From assembly GCF_001194135.2 (NCBI RefSeq), contig NC_068984.1:31505059-31569058 (forward strand): 64,000 bases of DNA, written 5' to 3'. Positions within the stretch are counted from its first letter, which is position 1. Each line of letters opens with the position of its first letter. The notes below the pieces were generated by a model. That model made no database searches and had not been told where the DNA came from. It saw only the letters and a program-made list of their open reading frames with translations. This document shows positions 54,311-64,000 of the stretch, one piece after another. The stretch is from Octopus bimaculoides (Eukaryota). The position numbers were made by a program, and so were the translations under genes.

Positions 54311-54698
54311 GTATTGTTGTTGGCACTCCGTCGATACGATGTCGAGGGTTCCAGTTGATCCGATCAACGGAACAGCCTGCTCGTGAAATTAACGTGCAAG
54401 TAGCTGAGCACTCCACAGACACGTGTACCCTTAACGTAGTTCTCGGGGATATTCAGCGTGACACAGTGTGATAAGGCTGACCCTTTGAATTACAGGCACA
54501 ACAGAAACAGGAAGTGAGAGTGAGAGAAAGTTGTGGTGAAAGAGTACAGCAGGGTTCGCTACCATCCCCTGCTAGAGCCTCTTGGAGTTTTAGGTGTTTT
54601 CGCTCAATAAACACTCACAACGCCCGGTCTGGCAATCGAAACCACGATTCTATGACCGCGAGTCCGCTGCCCTAACCACTGGGCCATTGCGCCTCCAC
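54311..54698 (-). mobile_element. Full-length tRNA-derived SINE family C with a 6-bp TSD
   Basis: Head GTGGAGGCGCAATGGCCCAGTGGTTAGGGCAGCGGACTCGCG...GGTTTCGATTGCC; (AAC)-type tail; CTACCA at 54305-54310 and 54699-54704. Confidence 0.92.
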
Positions 54699-55502
54699 CT
54701 ACCACTATACAGAAGTGTTATATTCATAAACCTCTTTCTATAACCAGGAATTACTTAGTATGAGATCTGTTTTCCTATTATATATTTATTCTTACATAAC
54801 ATAGAACTCAATGTAAATGAGTTTAGTATTAGAACTATATTTTCAGTTATGCTACGTATCCAAAAAGCAATACGTGCTAGTGTTTTATTACTTCTATCTC
54901 AACAGAAATCTAACCCAATATATTAAAGAACAGAGATGTCTGTCCTAAGAGAAACCTAACTTACTCTAACAATATTAAGCGCAGCAACAACTATCACCTT
55001 AGATCCTCATAACGAGCAGGTAGCAAAACTACGCTAGGATGATACCGTAAACTAGTCTAACTTATGCTCAGTGTCTCTAATATTGCTTTTACTCTTAACT
55101 TGCTCTAGGCACGTTAGTCAATCATTCTTTTGCAAAAGAGTGACCTCTTGATACTATCTCTATACACGAATTTCCCTCACATTAATAATTCAACAGAGTT
55201 CAATCCAAACGTCAACTGAATTTAGAAGAGATTATAGATTTACTTGAACGCAGTCTGAATCTTCATTCCACCTCTACTTAAGGTTTCCTGTTTCACAGGC
55301 ATTCAGTCAAGGAGGTTGAATTGAATTAACATGCATAAGAATCATATTCTCATGAACAGACGAATGAATATGTGTATACATATACATACACACATATATC
55401 ATATATGTGTATTGTTAGGTAGGTCTGAAGGTAGATGGACTGATAGATTGATACTTCGCGTCTGGTAGATTTAAGAGGGATAATTCACTACAAATTCGTT
55501 CC

Positions 55503-55915
55503 TGATGGTCAAACCATCGAGGCCAACCTGTACATTAGATAGCTTGAGCGAGTGTTATGCCATTGTTCGGCAAAAATTCCCGGTGTTTTTTAACAGAAAG
55601 CGAGCTCTTCTGCAGCAAGACAGCGCAAGACTTCATACCACTCGACCGACCAAGAATAAACTCCAGAAACTCAAAGGATTCAGACTGATGCCACGCCCAA
55701 CATATAGTCCGCACCTATCATCTTCGAATTATTATTTGTTCCAATTCAAAGCTCACTTCCTGCGTTGGTGACGTTTCATCAACCAAGATGCGGCGGGAGC
55801 TTCAGTGAAGGAGTTTTTCGTCTCGGAGGATAAGGACCGGTATCATCACGTGATCAAAGAACTGGCTGAAAGGTGGCTCCAGACGATGCAACACGATAGG
55901 CTCTACTTTGAATGC
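55503..55915 (+). pseudogene. Mariner (DD34D) transposase C-terminal fragment
   Basis: NRKRALLQQDSARLHT...PTYSPHLSSSNYYLF...VKEFF...IKELAERWLQTMQHDRLYFE (decayed HDNARPH and YSPDLAPSDY motifs). Confidence 0.92.
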
Positions 55916-56560
55916 TACGCTACTCTGGTTGTAACTTGACGAATAACAACCAAATAAGATGCCAAAATATTCCAAAACATTTGACTTAACACAATAGATA
56001 TGAAGATAGGTATCATGATAGATATATATACATATTTATAAACGTATGTGTGTATCCGTCGCAAACCTATGTACGCATGTATATGTATAGGCATACCCAC
56101 ACGCCACGCTCTTCAATTCATCTTATATTTCATGCCAACATCAATAATTAAGCACATAGAGCTTGATTAATTAAGCCAATCAGATGGCATAATTGCTTTC
56201 CAACTACTTCCCAAATACCACAAACCTTCCTTTCTGCAATCTCCAATCTTCCCCTTCTTTAATTTACAATTGACTAATCACTAAGTTTAAACATCTGCTG
56301 CCATCTAGATATAAGTCTAATCCCATTCTCCCTTACACTCCCCCCTGTCACGTCCTCTCAAACTTTCTCTTTCGCTCTCACCCATCGTTGCTTCGCTTTA
56401 GCTTCTCTTCCCCTCGTTTCTCATTCTCTCATTTAATTCTCGTTTTGTCTGTTAGTCCTTTATATCTGCTTATCCAATCCAATCGTCCCCCCGCTGTCTG
56501 TATGTGCTTATATGTCTGCCTGAGTGTCCATACGTGCGTGTGTGTGTGCGAGAGAGAGAA

Positions 56561-56595
<35 letters not shown>

Positions 56596-56619
56596 AACAG
56601 ACAGACAGACAGAACGTTC

Positions 56620-56652
<33 letters not shown>

Positions 56653-57012
56653 TTTGACTTTCCTTGTCTAATTGTCTGTTTGGTTCCGCTTCTGACTCTT
56701 AGAATAAATCTATTGAATACGCACATATATGCATAAATACATATACATAGTTAAATGCACATATACATGTATATGCAGTGCATATAAAGGCGGTGCTCCT
56801 GTATGGCCGCAGTGAAATGGCTGAATCTAGTAGAAGAATGAAAGAATGCATACACACGCGCGCGCGCATAGATATATACATGCATGTCTATCTATCTATA
56901 TATCTATCTATTTATTACTCTCTCTCATATATACATACACACACACATATATGTGTGTGTGTATATATGTGCATGTATGTACCTTTCACTCTCTTTCTCT
57001 CTCTATCTATCT

Positions 57013-57065
<53 letters not shown>

Positions 57066-57075
57066 NNNNNNNNNN

Positions 57076-57240
57076 TCGTGGCACACTGTCGGTTTCGACG
57101 ACGAGGGTTCCAGTTGATCCGATCAACAGAACAGCCTGCTCATGAAATTAACGTGCAAGTTCTCGGGGAGATTCAGTGTGACACAGAGGGGACAAAACTG
57201 CCCCTTTAAAATACAGGTATAACAGAAAGTAAGAGTGAGT
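57076..57240 (-). mobile_element. 3' fragment of SINE family C with a ~40-nt internal deletion
   Basis: Aligns to 54320-54520 but lacks AGCTGAGCACTCC...TTAACGTA. Confidence 0.85.
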
Positions 57241-57560
57241 GATATATAATATATATATATATATATATAATACAAATAATATGTGAGTATATGCATATAT
57301 ATACGTACATGTATGTACATACCTACATCTACATGTATATAGAAATGCATATCTGGGTACGGGACGTCACAAGAAAACGTGGGCAAAATGAATAACAGAA
57401 CATAAACAGAGCACAGAAAACACACAGGCCACATAGAGAACATTTCCTTCATCAGCTGCCACCGTTCTAAAACTAAGCGTTTCGAAGAGTTAGACACACA
57501 CACTTATATGTATATTTATATGAATACATATGTATGTTTGTCTATCTATCTATCTATCTG

Positions 57561-57631
<71 letters not shown>

Positions 57632-57650
57632 GTGTGTGTGTGTGTGTGTA

Positions 57651-57681
<31 letters not shown>

Positions 57682-58119
57682 GTATGTGTGTGTGTGTGTC
57701 CAAAACTTGCGCCGAGCTCAAAAGTCATACCAGGGTCTCACATTGCATCAGCATTGACTCAGTTCAATGATCCTTTCTAGCAATGATTTTGCTCGTACAT
57801 GAGAAAGTAGCTGAGATATATGTACACACACACACACACACACACACACGTGTGTGTGTGTATATGTATCAATCTCCTTATGTCTAATCTCATCCACCTC
57901 TTTCAATCTCTTTGTCTGTCCTTTTCTCTCAGACTTCCTCACTATCACTATCGCCTTCTCTCACTCTTTTCCCCTCTTTCCTCTTCTCTGTCTATCTCTA
58001 TGTATCTTTTCCCTCATATATTCTCCGCATTATATTATATTCACACAGATCTGACACTTTGCCAACCAGACAAGTCAATCTGTAGTCCCAGTGCCAGCAA
58101 TATGCCACACTGTTGTCTA

Positions 58120-58411
58120 CATCACTATAACCACTACCAACGACAACGCCAACACTAACATTACTACAACAACTACAACCACTACCACCACTACTACCAC
58201 CGCCACCGCCGCCACCACTACCACCACCACCACCACCATCACCTTCCCCAGCACTACCACATGTTCACCACAACGCACACAGCTCCTTGACACCAGTAGT
58301 ACCTTCGCCAGTACAAGCATGAGCAGTATCGATACCAACAACAAACAAAAACAATTAACTCAGTCACTACTACTACTACTACTACTACTGCTGCTGCTGC
58401 TACTGCTGCAG

Positions 58412-58448
<37 letters not shown>

Positions 58449-58450
58449 CT
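58120..58450. repeat. Compound triplet low-complexity region (ACC/ACT/CTG)
   Basis: Visible; it produces the poly-T/L/S/V ORFs. Confidence 0.9.
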
Positions 58451-58614
58451 TTTTTATTCCCAAATTCTCCCCTGCACAGCACCACAGCCATTACCACTCT
58501 TAGCACCAGCAGCAACACCACCCAAACCATCACAAGTTTCACCCGGTCCACCATTACAAACAAAAGAAACACCATTAATTTTATCAGTGCCACTAATAAT
58601 ATCGGTTTAATATT

Positions 58615-58806
58615 TTGACACAAGGCCAGCAATTTCGGAGGAGGGGGTTAAGTCGATTACATCGAATCCTGTGTTTAACTTGTACTTACTTTGTCGACCT
58701 CGGAATGATGAAAGACAAAATCGACCTCGACGGGATTTCAACTCAGAACGCAACGACGGACGAAATACTGTTAAGTATTTTGCCCTGTATGCTAACGATT
58801 CAGCCT
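58615..58806 (-). mobile_element. SINE family A (diverged)
   Basis: GACACAAGGCC...AAAGACAAAATCGACCTCG...CTAACGATTC. Confidence 0.85.
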
Positions 58807-59343
58807 GTATGCTAATATCATCAGCAGCAGCAACACTTCCACCAACAACAAGGCTTCCACAACCACGACGACGACCACCACCACCACCACACCAACAATT
58901 CATTTCCCAACAGTACCTCTACAACTATCACCATCGTCAACATCAATACCGAACACAGCACAATAAATACGAACACAACTGACATCATCTCCACAGCCAC
59001 CACCACTACCACAACTAGCACCAGCCCCACCACCAGCACCAAAACCACCACCACCACCACAAATGGTACCATTAACTTGCACCACGGCCCTTTCCTCGAC
59101 TACCATACACAACACTGTTACATCACTGTCACACTACCCTTACCACACTTTTACCAACAATGTGTCGCAACCACACCTGTTACCGCTGCCAGCATCATCA
59201 ACACCTCGCAATTCTACCAGCGTTACTATGCTGTCATTATATCCATTATCAGACAAAGTTATCAATATTAAAATTATTGTTTCATTCTTAAATTTTCCAC
59301 ACCTTTCTTTTTCTGTCTGCCTCTCTCTCTCTCTCTCTTTCTG

Positions 59344-59404
<61 letters not shown>

Positions 59405-60149
59405 TCTTGCTCTCTTTTTACACTTTTATTCTCCTTATATTCCCGCCTCCCCTTATCAGTTTTTGTTCATATATACATACATATATATGTATATATGTAT
59501 CTCTCTCTCTCTCTCTCTCTCTATATATNNNNNNNNNNNNNNNNNNNNNNNNNNNNNNNNNNNNNNNNNNNNNNNNNNNNNNNNNNNNNNNNNNNNNNNN
59601 NNNNNNNNNNNNNNNNNNNNNNNNNNATATATATATATATAATGCACACCCCCACATACTATTGTTGTGGTGTTTTTAAAAAAACACATAACCAAAGATA
59701 ATATCTTTGTCATCATCGTTGTCGCTGTCATCATCAACAACATTAATGATATTTGCCCATTATGATTGTGATTTAGCAAAAGACAGTGGAATACAGATAA
59801 AGATAAAATAAGTTAGATTCTTCAATAAAATAGGAAATAATTCAATAATTCAGTCGTTGCAAATGTTTATAACGTCTCATGTCTATACATTTTCAATGAC
59901 GTAGAGGGGAAAAATCCGATAGACTAGTACTAGACGTAAAATGACTACTGGGGTCCATTTTTTTCAGTTGTATTACTCCAGCATGGACACTATCTAATGA
60001 TTGAATCAAGTAGTAAATGAATAGATGAATATGTATCTCTGAATGAAATGGAAAATTTTTTTCAAAAAATATCCATGGTAGCATTTCACAAAATAATGTA
60101 GATCTATCAAACTATATAACATGAATTTAGATTCCAGTATATAGATACA

Positions 60150-61130
60150 TACATTTAGATATGGCATAAAAATGGAAATGTAAGGAGGGAAATGAACTTA
60201 CGTAAAAAGTGAACGGTGCTGTTGAGGAGGATTTTCTGAATTTCATAGATATTGGATTTATCAGGGATGTTTTCAAGAAAATCATTTATGACTCCAAGCA
60301 CGTCAACTTCAATTGCGGTTTTTAGGTCTTCAATTATCACATTCTGCTCGTTTCGATTTCTTGGTCTTGATACTTCGCAAATTTATCATACGGCTTAGCA
60401 GATACATATTTTTTGTCTGAATGTATAGTAATGTCAACGAAAAGGCATGTCTTATTTTAAAATCTTTAATGATGATATCAGGCAGTTGTCACCAAGACCA
60501 AGAAATCGAGACGAGCAAAATGTGATAATTGTAGATACAAATAACCCCAGTAGTGATTGGCGTGCTTGGAATCATAAATGAGTTTCATGAAAACATCCCT
60601 GATAAACCCAATATATATGAAATTTAGAAATTCAGAAAATCGTCCTCAATAGCGCCGTTCAAGGAAAAGGTCTCCGTTGCCATGTATCTTTCAATATATT
60701 TTTCTGTATTTTAAGTCCGTCAGACATTATTTAAATCTTATAGATTCTTGCTGCCTTGGTTGATAGAAAATTCAACTTCATTTTCATGTTCTATGATACT
60801 GATTCTTAATTTTTTTTGCATTCCTCGGCTTCTTTCATCACGGGTCGCAGTTTGTTTTCTAGGTTTTTTGTTAATATCATCATCCAATCTCATCTTTTGT
60901 TCAAACATGCTTGCAAACCAATCGTAGCTGTTTTATGAATAATTCAAGATTGGTGCATTCTCTTCCATCTTCTTTTCTCAGCTGTTCAAGATGATCAATG
61001 TTTGCCTTGGGATAGTGCATTTTATTGGAGGTGAGAAGTTTTGAGATTGAAATTATATTGCACAATAGGTATATCTAAAGTATTGATAGCTTCGCAAATG
61101 TTAAACATCTATTTTTGTCAACGAAATGAA
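60150..61130 (-). mobile_element. R4/Dong-like LINE 3' part carrying an internal inverted duplication
   Basis: Minus strand: EAINTLDIP..., KLLTSNKMHYPKANID, PDIIIKDFK, KFAKYQDQEIETSRM, NIYEIQKILLNSTVHFLRKFIS; 60493-60660 is an inverted copy of 60211-60369. Confidence 0.88.
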
Positions 61131-61691
61131 AGATGATGGTACAAGCCCTGCGAGACATATTCGGAGTTAAAATCAAAAGTTATAGCACGCTTTGCTGCAT
61201 CGTAAAAAGAACGCAGCCAAAACACCGAAATTATCAAACATATCACTGACTATATATTTGTACCCTAGGAGACGCGTCAAAGTAACGCGCGAATTACAAT
61301 AAAAGACATTAGAAACACGGTTCGGTCAAAGCTAGCCAAACTAAAAGGTAAGCTGTGGACAGAGGACCTCAAATGGACTAGCAAGACAAAATGGCATCTG
61401 AAAACCGCTGAGAATAACCAGAACTGTGTCAAATAGATGGTGTTGAAACAAGGAGTATGCAATTAATGGTAGAGGTTAGAAGGTTAGAAGGACAACTTGT
61501 TATATTTGTTGGAAGGAAACACGCATTAGAGTTGGATGCCGCTAAGAACTAGAACTACTAATTAGAACTAAAGTAAACGGAAACAATAAAGAGTATCTTC
61601 AAAAAGCAAAACAGTTTTCAGAGCACCATCAGGAAAATCTCTGTGGCGAGCAATGTCTCCTAACATTAAGTACCGATACGGAAGTAATGTT

Positions 61692-61896
61692 CCTTTCTAC
61701 TAGAGGCACACAAGACCTAAAATGTTTGAATAGAGGGGGCTAGTCGATTACATCGAGCCCAGTGCTAAACTAATGTTATTTCATCGACCTCGAAAGAATA
61801 AAAGGAAAAGTCGACTTTGACAGAATTTGAACTTATAATGTAAAGACAGACGAAATGTCGCTAAGCATTTTGTCCAGCGTATTAACGATTCTGCCC
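61692..61896 (-). mobile_element. SINE family A (diverged)
   Basis: Reverse complement of 62685-62885. Confidence 0.87.
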
Positions 61897-62475
61897 TATG
61901 AAGAAAATATAATAACAAAGGAAAATACGAAAAGAAAAAAGAGAAATATTATAATGGAAAATAAAACTTAATACAAAGCAAACGAAAGCTGGGCTGGAGG
62001 CACAATTTCCTCTAAATAACAGCAAATTTCTCAGAGATATCGAAATTGTACAGATTCATCATTCTTCAAAATTGAAACAACAAATACAGAAACTTACAAA
62101 TCTGCGGAGCCATAAAGTCCCAAAATTTGCAATGACACATAATCAGTTACCACTTGGTTCATAAACCACACGCAAAAAATAGACTACTGGTAAAATTAAA
62201 ATTAGACATATCGAACCTGAAAATAAATATCCCTAATACGACGGCGTATTTTAGTATCTAATACCTCGAAAAAGCTTAATGGCTCAGGGTTGTAGAGTAC
62301 CCAGTTAAACGTAACCAGTAATCATGTTTTATTTACTTTAAATTAGATCTTGTTTTGATTATTGTGCTTTATACTTTTAACAATTTCCGAACAAATACGT
62401 TTGTGTATATGTGTATAATTATATGAATATACATGTGTGTGTGTGTGAGTGTGTGTGTGTATGTGTGTGCGTGTG

Positions 62476-62519
<44 letters not shown>

Positions 62520-62684
62520 CGTGTTCGGATATGTGTGTGCAGTTTATATATTGTATAATACCTTTTACCAAGCTCACTTCGTATTTGTTATGCTTGTTTT
62601 TCACACTCCACTTCAGTTTGTCTTTTCGTGTAAAATCTAGTGTTTCATAGCTTTATTATCGTTCTCAGACCTTGTATTTAATGC

Positions 62685-62885
62685 GGCAGAAACGTTAGCA
62701 CGCCGGGCGAAATGCTTAGCGGTATTTCGTTTGTCTTTACGTTATGAGTTCAAATTCCGCCGAGCTCGACTTTGCCTTTCATCCTTTCGGGGTCGATAAA
62801 TTAAGTACCAGTAGTGTACTGGAGTCGATCTAATCGACTGGTCCCCTCCTCTAAAATGTCGGGCCTTGTGCCCAGAATCGAAAAT
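62685..62885 (+). mobile_element. SINE family A, low divergence, with ATT/GTA-rich tail
   Basis: GGCAGAAACGTTAGCACGCCGGGCGAAATGCTTAGCGG...GGGCCTTGTGCCCAGAATCG. Confidence 0.93.
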
Positions 62886-64000
62886 ATTATTATTATTATC
62901 ATTTTATTACCAGTGGTAGTAGTAGTAGTAGTAGTAGCAGCAGTAGTAGTAGTAGTAGTAGTTTTATCACCATCATCATCCTTACTGTTTTCGTTCCCTT
63001 CGATATTGTTTGCTCCCATAGAAACACTCACCCTTGCCACTACCACATTTAACTATATTAAGATTGTTTTTATTTTTGAGTACACTTTATGTTTCTTAGA
63101 ATGTTAGGGTTTTACGTCTTTTCACAACTCATTTGTAGCAACAGAATTTATTATAGTAATCGGTAAGTCAAAGCTGTATCTATCTCAAAATAGTATTAGC
63201 AATTTGTAACCTAAAGAGTTATCAAATTTCGAGGAAAGGGAGCTTAATCAAATGGGGCAATAGTATTTTGGTCTTATAAAAATTGATGATATTGATGACA
63301 TTTCATTGTGTAGTCCTGGATATTAAATGCTCAAAAGAACACAATAGTCACGACTGGAACGCCATTCGTCGTTAATCCACTACTCATGAATATTTGACTC
63401 AGGGCTAACCAATGACACTATAATGTTTGACATAATAATCATCACCCACATGATTGCCCTCCTCTTCCTTCTCCTCTGCCTCTTCATTATCATCATCGTT
63501 GTCGTCATCATCACTACCACCTTGCCTAACACAAACCACCGTCCCCATCATCATCATCATAAGCAGCAGCAGCAGCATTTGCTTCAGTGATTTGCTTCCA
63601 CATTGAAAAAAATTGTCTTATTTTTTTGTATCAGATACTTCGACTGAAGCAACTGATTTATAGAACCAAAATTCTCCCTGTATCCCACTACATTCTTTTC
63701 AATCTCACAAACAATGGAACTTTTCTGAAACAAACTAAATAAATAAATCTATTTATTTATTCATGTATTTATAGTTTATTGATAATTGCTTTTCAAAAGT
63801 ATGTCTATTGTAATTATTTTTATCTTTGAGGAGTTATGAATGTAGGTTGAGCAATTCTGTCAGCAAATATTCTGTTAAGATAGCGCCGATTTCTGACTAG
63901 ACTTGAAGGAACGATACGTACATGTATACAAACGTACATAAACATACACATGCATATTTATATATATACATACACACACACACACACACACACATATATA

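Noticed and set aside
54620-54698. tRNA genes at SINE heads (also 25017-25090 and 5041-5130)
   Set aside because: A/B boxes are present, but there is no complete cloverleaf and each continues into a multi-copy SINE body.
58091-59115. Thr/Pro-rich mucin-like ORFs
   Set aside because: Cryptic triplet repeats interrupted by a SINE; open on both strands because of low complexity.

Overview
AT-rich, microsatellite-dense eukaryotic DNA with N gaps flanked by (TA)n (7616-7894, 11281-11521, 16234-16618, 50294-50531, 59529-59626, plus several 10-N gaps). The SINE families and repeat spectrum match what I recall of octopus (coleoid cephalopod) genomes; this is recognition, not a database result. There is no long intact ORF, and most ORF-track entries are translated microsatellites or gaps. 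The window is mostly decayed mobile DNA: at least 7 fragments of R4/Dong-like RLE LINEs, RTE LINE fragments, four tRNA-SINE families (labelled A-D here), an internally deleted Ty3/gypsy element with a tRNA-Leu PBS, and Chapaev3, hAT, mariner, maT, Tigger-like MITE and Helitron remnants. Three short, phase-compatible minus-strand exon candidates (37122-37237, 12410-12446, 4099-4141) suggest much of the window is intron of an unidentified gene. The most interesting structures are a retroposon hub built on (TAA)n arrays (29.5-31.7 kb), a 5'-inverted RLE LINE with twin-priming geometry, a fold-back LINE, and several long hairpins or palindromes. I found no CRISPR array, prokaryotic system or demonstrably new biological system. 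Boundaries of old repeats are approximate (tens of bp).
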